Below are positions 1-13,252 of a DNA stretch of 64,000 nucleotides, in pieces (position 1 is the first letter of the stretch; every line of letters starts with the position of its first letter). Location of the stretch: the NCBI RefSeq assembly GCF_030144855.1, contig NC_082706.1:110298001-110362000 (forward strand). Direction: 5' to 3'. The notes beneath the pieces are model-generated. The model was given only the letters and a program-made list of their open reading frames with translations, ran no database searches and was not told where the DNA came from. The stretch is from Hypanus sabinus (lineage: Eukaryota). A program made the position numbers and the translations under genes.

Positions 1-592
1 TTACACTTATGACTGTGAGATTAAACACAGCTCCAATGCTATATTTAAGTTTGCTGATGGTGTCGCTGTCATTGGCCCTCAAATGTGGTTATGAATCACA
101 GGAAAGTACCATCCATCATCAGCAACCCCCACCACCAGGTCATACTCTCTTCTCACTGCTACCATCAGGGAGCAGGTACAGGAACCTCAGGACCCACAGC
201 ACCAGTTTCAGGTACAGTTATTACCCCTCCACATCAGGCTCTTGAACCAGAAAGGCTAACTTTAATCCACTTACTCACCCCCTCACTGAAGTGTTCCCAC
301 AACCTATGGACTCACTTTCAAGGACTCTTCATTTCATGTTCCTGATATTTATTGCTTATTTATTATTTATTATTATTGTTTTATTTAGTTTTTTTCTTTC
401 TTTTTGTATGTGCACAGTTTGTTGTCTTTTGCGCATTAGTTGTTTGCCTGTCCTTTTGGCTGGGATCCTGCATTAACTCTATAGTGTTTCTTGCATTTAC
501 TGTGAATGCCTGCAAGAAAATGAATCTTGGGTTTGTATATGGTGATGTATACGTACTTTGATAATAAATTTACTTCGAAGTTTTGAACTTTG
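1..592 (+). mobile_element. Rex1/Babar-like LINE 3' fragment
   Basis: Decayed RT (IFKFAD) and HPGHTLFSLLPSGSRYR tail. The 3' UTR ends AATAAA followed by (CTTTGAA)-like repeats. Confidence 0.65.
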
Positions 593-594
593 AG

Positions 595-1500
595 GAGGGG
601 ATGGATTAAGTAATATAGGTTGCTCGACAAAGTTAGTAAGGATAATGCAATTGATGTGGTGTACTTGGACTGCCAGATCACTTTTAATAAGGTGCCATTT
701 AATAAGTTTAGCAAAAAAGTTGAGGCACATATTTAAAATGAACATTGTGAGCATAGATACACAGATGTTAGGTAACAGACAAAGAAGCACGATGAATGAA
801 TGTTTCTCAGACTGGGGGAAGAAGGTGTATTGATTTTTCTTTGATCTACAGTACATTTATGATTAAAGTTTGGGAGTTCAAAGCATAATTTATAACTTTG
901 TGGATGAGACAATAATTACAACATTGTGAATTGCAAAGAGGATAGTGTTAGAGTGTATCAAGACATAAACTGGCTGGTGCAACGGGTTGAAACATTGTAG
1001 ATAAACTTTACTGTGAAGAAATGTGAGCATCTTGTAGCAAGATTGAAGAAAGGCAGCAAAGAATGAAGGATACTTTTCTAAAAGGAGTAAAAAGATCTGT
1101 GGTGATGTATACAATACATTAGAAACATCCAAATCTTGACTATCCTTGATCTACATGTTCCACTTGAGTCAAGGCTGCAGGTAAATTATTAAATAGGCAT
1201 ACACAGTTCTGGGCTTTAATCAGCAGTGGTATGGGCTATACAAATGGGGAAATCATAGTGAATCTTTATAAATGTTGTTCCACCTCAAAATGTTCAATTC
1301 ACTACATTTTAAGAGGGATGTGGAGGCACTAGAGAAGATCCAGAAAAGATTTATGAGAATGACTTCTGGGATGAGGGTCTACAGTCACAAGGATAGATTA
1401 GAAAAGTTGCACCTGTTTTCAAGAAGGAAAAGAAAGCTGAGGGGAGGTGAAAGTATCTAAACTGATGAGGGGTCTAGACAGAGGTGTGAGTGGTAGCTTC
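595..1500 (+). mobile_element. Old CR1 LINE ORF2 fragments
   Basis: DVVYLD and KRDVEALEKIQKRFMRM motifs, heavily frameshifted. Confidence 0.65.
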
Positions 1501-3443
1501 GTTACAGTGACTGAGAGTTCCAGGTCACAAATAGACAGCTTGGGGAGGATTGACACCTCAAGCATACAAAAGAGCCTTGAATTTCACTGACAGTGACTGA
1601 GATCCTGATAGAGGGGAATAATCTGCATACTGAGGGGGGCTACAAAAAGAAATAAAAGCCAAAGAGAACCTGTTACCACAGGCACGTTCAAGGAGTAGCA
1701 GATTGGGAAAGAAGTGCTGATTTGTATCAGGATTTTCAGTGGTTCCGGGAATATTTAAATAGGCTTCTGGTAAATTAAAGGTTTTGTTAAGAAAAATGTT
1801 TTAAACAAATTAATTTGTTGTTAAGTAACTAAATTAAGTAAACAGAAAACCATCTAATTGAATACATAAAATGAGATTTGTATGGCACTTGATGTGTTAT
1901 AGCTGCAGTGTTTGGATTTTATGAAGACCAGTGAAACCCCAGCAATACATCTTAAATATCTGAACTTTGAGGAGCCTTTGTCTACCTGTTGTGCTGGAGG
2001 CAGAGAGGAGAGAAGTTGCCTGCACGTGGGCATCCTGGATTTGGTTAGTGGCCAAAACGGAAAGATAATGTGGCACAGGGATTCAGGTGACAGAGATGGA
2101 GACGTTTTGGAATTTCACCTTGCAAAAACAAGCCAAAACACTTACTACATTACTGAATGTGGACAAAGACTGCTGGGTGGACATGCAGTCTTTGTTTACG
2201 TTCATGAATGTGACCACAGACTACATGTCCACCCTGACCATAGCACAAAGCTTTTCAAAAGGAGGGATCATTATAGTGAGGGAGAACAGGGGAAGATAAA
2301 ACTCTCTGCAGCCATGACTGATAACTGCCTTGTCTGCTCACTCCTAGGATTAAGAGCATTTCCAGATCTGAAGGAGAATTTGGGAATGGTGGAGAACAGT
2401 TAATTAGAATAAGGTTCTGCTGAAAGACTTTTCAGAGTTAGGTTTCAAAATAAGGAGAAGCAATGGTAAAATATTCAGAAATACAAGCAGAAAGTGCTGG
2501 TGATGCTCAACAGATTAAGCAGCATCTGAGCAGAGAGGAAAACAAAGGTAATATTTCAGATTAATAACTCTGCGAGAAAATGAGGATGTCTTAAATTGCA
2601 GAGATGGGTGTTTCTGATGGAGGAAACAAAGCAACTGCCTATGTCTTGATGACAGACATTTTGTTGGTGACCTCAGAAAGTGTGATGAATGCTTGTTCAT
2701 CGCAGCTCATCTGTGTGGAGGAGTGTAAACAGAGGGCGGTGAGTAAAGGGGAAAGAAGTCCAAAACTGCGAAATGTAGAACAGAAGAACTGCTGGAAATG
2801 TGAACTGAAACAAAGTGCAGAATAGAATCAGCATCTCCAGTGGCACTGATGGAGGGGAAACTAAAGCTGACTAAGTTAGTGCATGACCTGGCATCAGTAA
2901 TGGCCAGTTCTGACACAATCTGGAAATGCTGCTTTACTAAAACTGTCGAAGTTGACGGCAGATGAGTTGCTGTTCGAAGAGCTTATGTTAGGTTTCTGGG
3001 AACACTGGGAGAGGCTATGGATACAGAGGTCAGAATGGAAGTTGGTTTGGAGAATTAAAGTGACAGACAGCAAAAGCAGAGTCACCCTTGCAGACAAAAT
3101 GGAAGATATTTGTTTTCTCCAAATTAGATCAGGCTATGTCACGAGCACTGAATGCAATAGACTGAATCAGAAGTTGGTTGAACTATTGCATAACCTGGTG
3201 GGGCTGTTTAGATCCATAGACAGTGGAGTGATGGATTTTCACTGTCCAGGAGGCTTTTATATTTTTGCCAAGCTCAGCTTTTAAACACTAGCGGCTGAGC
3301 AGATTGTGAACAACAGGTGTTAAGCTGAAGATTAAGAAATACCTGAGGCATTAAAGGAATATCTTACCATAACTATTCTTCACTGCTGAAGGAAATCAAT
3401 GGATATACTGTATGTGAAAGAGAACCATTTTTATAGGCACAGA

Positions 3444-4069
3444 CAAGGGGAGTTGAGCATAGGAGCAAAGAGGTCCTTCTGCAGTTGTACAGGGCCCTGG
3501 TGAGACCTCACCTAGAGTACTGTGTTCAGTTTTGGTCTCCAAATTTGAGGAAGGACATTCTTATTATTGAGGGAGTGCAGCGTAGGTTCACGAGGCTGAT
3601 TGCTGGGATGGTGGGACTGTCATATGTTGAAAGATTGGAGCGACTGGAATTGTATACACTGGAATTTAGAAGGATGAGAGGGGATCTGATTGAAACATAT
3701 AAGATTATTAAGGGATTGGAGACGCTAGAGGCAGGAAGTATGTTCCTGATGTAGGGGGAGTCCAGAACCAGAGGCCACAGTTTAAGAATAAGGGGTTGGC
3801 CATTTAGAACGGAGTTCAGGAAAAACTTTTTCACCCAGAGAGTTGTGGATCTATGGAATGCTCTGCCTCAGAAGGCAGTGGAGGCCAATTCTCTGGATGC
3901 TTTCAAGAAAGAGTTAGATAGAGCTCTTAAAGATAGTGAAGTCAAGGGATATGGGAAGAAGGCAGGAACGGGGTACTGATTGTGGATGATCATCCATCAT
4001 CACATTGAAAGGCAGTGCTGGCTCGAAGGGCTGAATAGCCTACTCCTGCACCTATTGTCTATTGTCTAT
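3444..4069 (+). mobile_element. Young CR1 LINE 3' end
   Basis: YRALVRPHLEYCVQFWSP...RGDLIETYKI; 3' tail (ATTGTCT)n; near-identical to 24900-25247. Confidence 0.9.
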
Positions 4070-7000
4070 GAAGAGAGAAGAAATGGGGCTACTGGGATTG
4101 CTGCTGGAAGCCAATAAGAGCTCAACCAATAAAATGTCCTCTTGTGTCATGACAAGATAAACGCAATAAAAATGGAGCTTTGATTTTTGTAGCCAAAGCT
4201 TTCTACATTTCCTTCAGATTTAGTGCTCCTATGCACTCAGAGATTTAATTTCAGTGTAGGTTCAAACACAGATAGAAGAGTTGAAAACAAGTGGTGCAAT
4301 GAAAACAAAAGTTTTAACAAGTGCAGCATCGAGGAGCCAAAAATTACAATAGTCAATGTGAATTAAGGCTAAGCTCCATCATTAACCAATGAACACTATT
4401 ACCATTGTCAAAAGACAACCATCTCACTCCTCAAGACATTATTACAGGAAATCCCAAGGGTTTTGAACCCAGGTACAATCAACTTCAGTTTCTTCATCAA
4501 TTAAAGTAGGAAAGTTCCCTGATGACTACAGGCCATTTATATCCATTAAAAGTTATTCAATTATGTAATGAATTAGTCCAACCCTGCAAACAGGGATGGT
4601 AAGGCCTAAGTAACATTCACGTACCTATAAATGACATGTAATGTCTATCTCCAAAAAACATTTGTATGACACAAAAACAGAAAATGCTGGAAGAATTCAT
4701 CAAAGCAAATAATATCTATGGAAAGGAGAAACAGACTTCAAGACAGGGTATCTTACCAAAATGTTAACTGCCTGACTAAGCTCTTGCAGTGTTTTTGTTT
4801 AATTTTCAAAATTTGCATTCTTACTTGTTTTAATTTTTGATGACATTAACTGGCATTTACCATAATCAACAAGGGCAGTACAGTGAAACTGCTATTATTT
4901 GACAGTCTCTGGCTTTAATGGTGCCAGACTAGGTGATTTTCTGATCCATACAATTAATGATTAGATAGTTAAAGGGACAAGCAACATAAATTATTACTTT
5001 AAAATTCACTTGCTCCCACAAAGAAATGTTAAAACATGACCCAGGTTACTAAAAGGTTCTATTAAAATTTCTGTTTTCAGTTGTGACATCATTGCAACAC
5101 AACTGGCACATCTCTCTCCTTAACATCTTCTTTTAGTCAACACCTACGTCAGTTCATCAAATATGCTTTGTACCTGTCCTAGAAACCATCAGATTATTAA
5201 CGCAAGACAAATAAAACCTGTAAGTTTGGAAAATCTGATATCATTTTGTTGGAAAATATATATAGAAGTAAAGTGTCAATGTTACAAGTTGGACTCCTCA
5301 AGGACAAAGTACCTCAACTATAAGAGGAGAAGACTGAGTGGAGCTGAGAGCAGAGTAAAATGCTATATCTTGACACTAGAGAGCATGAAAAAGCAATTTC
5401 CTGGCTATGCTATTTAATTAAGTGGTACACATACATTGGACTTATTTCTATTGGCCATTGAATCAGAAATAAAGGACACAAGTTTGTAAAATATCTGGAA
5501 TTTTCTTCCAGGAAAGGATGCTGGAAGAAAGCTTCTGAAATGTAAAAAAAAGTTTAAATTAAAGGGAAATAGCTAAATTAAAGAAGGGAAATGAAAAGCA
5601 GCAGGTTTTAGAAAGGACAGTGGGAGTGGAACTATCCAAATAGCAATTGAAGAACTAACATGAAAACATGAACTTTGGGGGCACATGAAGTGTATAGTTA
5701 GTTGAAGTTAATAACAAAGGCAATGGTTACTGCCAACTGAGAGAGAAAGTAATGAATAAATGATTCAGTCACTGACAAAAGAAAATAATAAAGCAGATAG
5801 AAATTATGTGAAGGTTACCTCGCTGATGCAGTGAAAAGTTAATTGAAATTGGAAAATAGCATACTTGTTCATTAAGTGGATTGGGAGAGAATGAGACTAG
5901 TAAGACAAAGAGAATTAATTTATCAGCTTTAACTTAAAGTATCCCATGTGAACAAATCTACTCACATCCAAACAAGTAAATCTGGCAAATAAATAAATAT
6001 TATAACATTTCAACAAATTTCACGACATGTGCTAATGATAAAAAACCTGATTCTGATATAATCACAATCTACAAAATATTAAGTCCTCTTAAACAGAAAT
6101 TCAAAAGCTTCTGCAGATACTGGAAACCTTGAGCAACACAAACAAAATGCTGGAGGAACTCGGCAAGTCAAGCAGAACCTATGGTGGTGGGTAGCAGGAT
6201 GAGACTGTTTGGGTCTGCTTAACTCAATCAAGTTAACTTGCATTATTCAGCTTTATCTGTGACAATAAAATTAAAATTGGGTCTTGTGCAAATCAGGAGA
6301 AAAGCAGAAGCTGTACTTTGTGATTGCAATCTGGTTGCTTGGATTATGAGGAACAGATTGTGTAACTTTTAAAACATAAAACATTATGTTCACTTAACAC
6401 TTCAAATAACTATTTTTGCTGCTCCTATGTTGTTCCTCATAACTTTTAAAAATGAGCTCTCAAAAAGAATTCAAACAATTCTGTGATCAGTTGATGCCAA
6501 TGGAGCATTCTAGGTGATTTGGGAAAACTTCCAAAATGTTTCAGCAACTAAAACACTGAAATATGGTTATTTGCAATGTAATGAACACAACAATCAATTT
6601 ATTATAGCATAGCCCCAAATGAGCAATGTGATTATAACTTTATGGTTGAGTGTTGATGGTCAAAATACAAAACTGGATTCCCCCTTACCTCTGAAGTAGC
6701 TAGTTTAAGTGTACCTTTAAAGCAGGGAGGTGTTCTTTCACCAGTGCCATACTTACTCCGAGCTGCACTGAAATATTAGCCTTGGCTTCTTGCTTCGATA
6801 TCTGGAGATTGCGGTTCTTCCCCAAACTAAAGCTATGATGACAGTTCATTCTACCTGTTTGTGCTCCAGTAAAATTTTTCCACTCCAGGAAAAAGAGGGC
6901 CGTATTCATGCTTTGGAAAATATCAGCAAATAATTCTAATGTGGTGCAGGTCAAAAGGAAATCCCTTATTCAAGAGAAATTACTTTTCCTTCTGATTCCA

Positions 7001-8084
7001 TTTGCTAGTAGTAGGAGCCAAACATTATGTCCATACATTTTTGAGCAAAGTACACTTACACTGAGCAGTTTGCCAATTCTGGGGATTATGCCAGGAATTC
7101 CCACTGCTGCTGGTTGCAATCCAACATCTTGCCGCCATGCTAAATTATGTGCTTAATACAACTTTGCGTGTTTCTTACAAAAAAGGTCAAATGTAATTGC
7201 CGGGCACAATCTCTTATTTCTATGGATTATGGGATAGGTAAAAATTGAGATATTTTCGAAGAGTTATTGAAGAAAGGAGAGTGTGTGGGAATTTCATCAG
7301 CACTAAGGCAAGGACGTCGGTTTCCTCCTACTCTAATTTTATCCCGTAGTCAGCAATGCTAGTTTGCATTTCTCTGTCAGTGTACAGATTTCTTATACAA
7401 GTCTTGATTGTTTCAGTTCAACTATTAAGAAAGAGAGAGAAACCAAACAAAACCAGAAGGCTGATTTAGCAGTAAAGTGGTGTTTGTCACTGACAGATTA
7501 TCCAAGCAATTGAAAGACACAGCTCAGGAAAACAAAACAGCACTTGTTATAACACGCCAAATTGGCATGACAGAGAATTTTCTTAAATAAAACAACCGTC
7601 AAGGGATTAACTTCTTCAAAATAAAACTAATTATATCTTTGAAAAGCAAAAAGTTCTTGCAGGAAACATTTACTCTACAGCAACAACAGAACTTATAAGC
7701 AAACCAAGTGCATTTGTCTTACCTATAGTTGCAATGATGCTTAGATTGTCCTGAATGGACTGATGTTTCACATCTGCCTGCACTAACACTGCAAGCTTGT
7801 GATACCAAGAATATTCCACTGTAGTATAAACTGTCTCAATAAGGAAGTATAGTTCAGCAAACAAGCTCCTCCTTCCCATGTTGCTTTGCATAAATTCCAA
7901 GTAACCATAGAGATGACTGGCGCACCTTTCCAGACTCAATACCTCCCTCTAGCCAATTAATTTTTAAGAGTCAAATACAGAAATCCCATCAAATTTACCT
8001 TGCTTTACATATATTGAAATGTGGATTATATGCATCCACATTCACAGGAATAAATTAGATGCAAAAGTACAAGACAAAATTACT

Positions 8085-9635
8085 CATAGAAACATAAAAA
8101 AATAGAAAACCGACTGTACAATACAGGCCCTTCGGCCCACAAGGCTGTGGCGAACATGTCCTTACCTTAGAAATTACCTACGTTTACCCATAGCCTTCTA
8201 TTTTTCTAAGCTCCACCACCAGTAGCCTATTCCATGCACTCACTACTCTCTGCATAAAAAAAACTTACCCCTGACATCTCCTCTGTATTTACTTCCAAGC
8301 ACCTTAAAACTATGTCCTCTCATGCTAGCCATTTCAGCCCTGGGAAAAAGCCTCTGACTATCCACACAATCAAGGCCTCTCATTATCTTATACACCTCTA
8401 TCAGGTCACCTCTCATCTTCCGTCACTCCAAGGAGAAAAGGTCAAGTTCACTCAACCTATTCAGGCACATCCTTGTAAATCTCCTCTGCACCCTTTCTCT
8501 GGTTTCCATGTCCTTCCTGTAGTGAGGTGACCAGAAGTGAGCACAGTACTCCAAGTTGGACAGTACTCCAAGTGGGGTCTGACCAGGTTCATATAAAGCT
8601 GCAGCATTAACTCTCAGCTCTTAAACTCAGTCCTACAATTGTTGAAGGGCAATGCACTATATGCCTTCTTATCTACAGAGTCAACCTGCATAGCTGCTTT
8701 GAGTGTCCTATCAAGATCTCTCTGATCCTCCACACTGCCAAGAGTCGTGGTATTAATGCTATATTCTGCCATGACAATTGACCTACCAAAATGAACCACC
8801 TCACACTTACCTGGGTTGAACTCCATCTGCCGCTTCTCAGTCCAGTTTTGTATCCTATTAATGTCCTCCGACAGCAAATTTACACACTATCCACAACACC
8901 CCCAACCTTTGTGTCATCAGCAAATTTACTAACCCATCCCTCCATTTCCTCATCCAGGTCATTTATAAAAATCACATAGAGTAGGGATCCCAGAACAGAT
9001 CCCTGAGGCACACCACTGGTCATCGACCTCCATGCAGAATATGACCCGTCTACAACCACTCTTTGCCTTCTGTGGGCAAGCCAGTTCTGGATCCACAAAG
9101 CAATGTCCCCTTGGATCCCATGCCTCCTTACTTTCTCAATAAGCTTTGCTTGGAGTACCTTATCAAATGCCTTGCTCAAATCCACATACACTACATCTAC
9201 AGCTCTACCTTCATCAATGTGTTTAGTCACATCCTCAAAATATTCAATTGGGCTCATACAGCATGACTTGCCTTTGACAAAGCCATGTTGACTATTCCTA
9301 ATCATATTATGCCTCTCCAAATATTCATAAACCCTGTCTCTCAGGATCTTGTCCAGCAACTTAACAACCACTGAAGTAAAACTCACTGGTCGATAATTTC
9401 CTGGGCTATCTCTGCTCCCTTTCTTGAATAAGTAAACAACATCTGCAACCCTCCAATCCTCCGTAACCTCTACCATCCTCATTGACAATGCAAAGATCAT
9501 CACCAGAGTGTCAGCAGTCTCCTCCCTCACCTCCTACAGTAGCCTGGGATACATCTCGTCCAGTCCCGGTGACTTATCCAATTTGTTGCTTTCCAAAAGC
9601 TCCAGCACATCATCTTCGTTAAATCTACATGCTCA
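8085..9635 (-). mobile_element. CR1 LINE, 5'-truncated
   Basis: ORF 8880-9530 carries [30 protein letters not shown] and KFADD; 3' tail repeat near 8085-8110. Confidence 0.92.
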
Positions 9636-10039
9636 AACTTTTCAGTCATCCCTACATGAGCACACGGCATACAGTAGCACAAAGGGCTGTAAGGGCCTAC
9701 GCCATGCTGCACCACTAAATAAATGAACAAATAAGTAAATAAACAAAGACAAACAAATAAATAGATAAGTAACAGCAACAGCTTTCAACTGAGAATTGAA
9801 ACATTGTAGGAGAAGATATTACGGCTTTTCTGCCAATAGAATGGCTCAGTGTATGAATTGTCATTGGCAGGAGTACACACAGTTCATTGTCAATAGGCTA
9901 ATGAGTTCTAGCTAAAGTGCCAAATAAATGTGAAAAAACATTTTTTTTATTGACACATCCAATAATCTGATGTTGAGAATTCCTATTAATACAGCGTCTA
10001 CAGCATTTGGGAAGCTGTGTTGCAAATTTATAAAGAAGC

Positions 10040-10332
10040 AAAAAGTATTTAATGGTATTCCATCGTTCACCACTCAGGACATATCCTGTTCCATCAGGAA
10101 GGAGACACAGGAGCCTGAAGACCCACACTCAGTGTTTTAGGAATAACTTCTTCTGAATGGTCCATGGACACATGAACAACACTTTACTATTCCTCTTTTT
10201 CACTAGTTATTTACATTTCTTATTATTTTAACGTAGAATAATTTTGTTTCTGTCTTGCATTGTACAGCTGCCACAAAGCAGAGTATTTCACAACATATAT
10301 CTGATAATAAACCCAATTCTGATCTGATTCTG
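10040..10332 (+). mobile_element. Rex1/Babar-like LINE 3' fragment
   Basis: CCATCAGGAAGGAGA tail motif and terminal AATAAA plus GATTCT-like repeats. Confidence 0.55.
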
Positions 10333-10624
10333 GTTTCTTGAATACTTTTCTTTTCAACATAAGATCATAAGACCATAAGACATAGAAGCAGAATTAGGCC
10401 ATTTGGCCAATTGAGTCTGCTCCGCCATTCCAATCTTGTCAACCGCACTGCCCTGTCTTCGCCACGTAATGGAAATATCCAGTTCCACTAAACACAGTCA
10501 CCTGCTTCCTTCAGCAGCTGTTCCTTTTGACTTATGTGTGGAGCAGGCAGAAGGAAAATAGCCCACATCCATGTTCTCTGGTCTCTGCTTTTTGTAGGAA
10601 CATATGCTAACAGCTGCTGTTGAC

Positions 10625-10836
10625 CAACAACACACACAAAATGCTGGTGGAACACAGCAGGCCAGGCAGCATCTATAAGGAGAAGCACTGTCAACGTTTC
10701 AGGCCAAGACCCTTCATCAGGACTCGGCCCAAAATGTCGACAGTGCTTCTCACTATAGATGTTGCCTGCCCTGCTGTGCTCCACCAGCATTTTGTGTGTG
10801 TTGTGCGAATTTCCAGCATCTGCAGATTTCCTCATG
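10625..10836. mobile_element. Penelope-derived palindromic element with hammerhead-like motif on - strand
   Basis: Inverted arms CACACACAAAATGCTGG.../...CCAGCATTTTGTGTGTG. The - strand reads GAGTC-CTGATGA-AGGGTCTTGGCCT-GAAAC-GTT-GAC at about 10688-10725. Confidence 0.7.
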
Positions 10837-12016
10837 TTAGCTACTGTTGACCTGCGGATGACATCTTCTGGTCGAGGGGTAGTGTGAGTATCTGAATATT
10901 TTGGGGGTAGTACCATGAAGTAATTGAGCTCTGGGGCTTTAGACTCAGAGGACGCTGTCCCTACGTAAACATTTACCCTGCAACACTAAGGGTAACCCTA
11001 TGCATGCCATGGGCTACCAGTAGTCCAAGTGGATTAACGCATCAGTACTTCTGGATTGAATAGGCTCAGCTCTCGGCCATGTGGACTACAGAATGACCTG
11101 GCAGGCAAAGTGGTGCTGCATCAAGTTAAGTTTTCTACCATGAGAGCAGGCCACTCTGCATGCAGTCTAGCTGACCACTGAAAGGATCAGCTGTGGTTGG
11201 TGTCTGCACTTCACTGAACAAGTTGCTTCTCTTCCTTTGGGTCTGCACCTCAACACAGGCCATGGAGCTGTTGTCATCTCCCAAGCTGACAGAGATTTCG
11301 GCCCTATGTTGCATTCAGAAACAATACACTGGTTGATGGCCACTATGGCTCCTGCAGCGAGTTGAACCAGTGTCACAAAGCCAGTCACTTTACCCTGAGA
11401 GGGATACTTCTGGGCACACTTGCTAAGCTCTCTTCACCCTTCCCTTGCAACTTTCAGGAGCCATTGAGCAAGGCCATGGCTTAACAACCACTGTTTACTC
11501 TTTCTATGCTCCTCACTGAAGCAGCTTACAAATACAGAAACCAAGACCTCAAAAGATAAGGAGTGGTTTTAGAGCCTGGCCAAGCCACACCTTGAAAACC
11601 ACAGTTCTGAGTTTATTCATTAACAACCTAAACAAAGGTTTTTGGTGCTGTGCCTTCAAGGCTGATGTCATCAGCCAACAGGAAGGCTGGTTATTCCTCG
11701 CATGCCAGTGATTCTCAAGTTGTGAGGAACCCACTTTAGGATCAATCTCCTGAATTCGGTGCATGGTTCAAAGGTCAAAGTTAACTGAGCCACATCGAGC
11801 ATGGATGAAGAATGGATATCATGTCAGATGATCTGGCCCATTAGTTGGAGTGACTGGCAGGCTGGCAGCAGGAGATGTACATTAAAGGAGGAGGAAGGAT
11901 ATCTACAAGCAGCATTACACAGGCTGCTTTGAGGAGAAACTGTATAAAAAAGGGGCACTTTTTCCACAAGCAGTTAGGCAGTTAATGGAGATGAGGACAG
12001 AATATCTAACTTCATA

Positions 12017-12530
12017 CACCTCACATTCTGTCTGGGTAGCCCCCAACCTGATGGCACGAACATCTTTAATTCCCCCTCCTCCTTTCTTCTTCTTCGATTC
12101 CCTCTTCTCTTCTCACCTGACTATCATCTCCTTCTGGTGCCCCTCTCCTTCCCTTTCTCCCATTGTCCACCCTCCTCTCCTATCAGATTCCTTCTTCTCC
12201 AGCCCATTGCCTTTTCTATCTATCACCTCCCAGCTTCTCACTTCATCCTCCCTCCTCCACCCACCTGGCTTCTCCTCTCAGCTTCTAGCTTGTACTCCAT
12301 CCCCTCACCCACCTTCTTATTCCGGCTCCTTCCCCCTTCTTTTCCAATCCTATTAAGGGTCTTGGCTGGAAATATTTATTCATTTCCATAAATGCTGCCT
12401 GACCTTCTGAATTCCTCCAGCGTTTTGTATGTGCTACACGACAGGGGCTGTGCCACACCTGCCCATTCACCTTCTCCCTCATCTCCATTCTGAGCTCCAA
12501 ACAGCTCTTCCAGGTGAGGCAAACTCCTCC
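12017..12530 (+). mobile_element. Penelope-like (Neptune-type) element remnant
   Basis: HLTFCLGSPQPDGTNI (end of GIY-YIG ORF), a pyrimidine tract, a degenerate hammerhead/pLTR, then a CHTCPF Cys-linker fragment. Confidence 0.6.
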
Positions 12531-12965
12531 TAGCAAGGAGACAAGCTGTGCTGCAAGAAAGGGAGGAGTTTCTGAAGAGATCTGTGTGGATGATTAGATC
12601 TTTAATCCAATGACAGAGACAACCTTGCTACAATTAACTCGTAGAATCATAGAATTATGCAGCACAAAAATAGGCTCTTGGAGAATTCCTGAAAAAGATC
12701 CAGGCCAAGTGGTTCATGTATTAGTGGGGAACATCCAGGAAATAGCACTTAAAATATCTTTAAAACAAGATTAAAGTATCTAAGATAAAGATACATTTCT
12801 CTAAGTTAAAAGCCGTCAATGTCAAAAGGATAAATGCGAAAGCCTGACAGGCAAACCTGTAATTGGTCATTGGTGACTTTTAGTCATAGGACTCAGGAAG
12901 AAGCCTTTCAACCTGCCAATTCTGCACAAACCATCAATCACGCCGTTTCCACTCATCCTACACAG

Positions 12966-13252
12966 TGGGCGCTACAGCAGTGCAGCGATTAATGCAATGT
13001 TCTGGGGTTCGGAGTTCAATTCCAGCACTGCTCGTAAGGAGTGCGTATGTTCTCCCTGTGACTGCATGGCTTTCCTTTGGGTGCTCTGATTTCCCCCACA
13101 GTCCAAGGATGTAGCAGTTAGTAGGCTCATTGGTCATTGTAAATTGTTCTGTGGTTAGGCTTGTGTTAAATAGGTGGATTGGTGGCCGGTGTGGCTTGTA
13201 GGGCTGGAAGGAACTGTTCTGCATGCTATCCCTAAATAAAATAAATAAATAA
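12966..13252 (+). mobile_element. tRNA-derived V-SINE (HE1-like)
   Basis: B-box-like GGAGTTCAATTCC, V-domain-like GTTCTCCCTGTGACTGCATGG...TTTCCCCCAC, (TAAA)n tail. Confidence 0.65.

Noticed and set aside
1912-2403. 163-aa ORF
   Set aside because: TTG start, no recognisable domain, and no convincing splice pair. It begins in a decayed CR1 ORF1 zinc-finger-like remnant, so it is probably a chance ORF.
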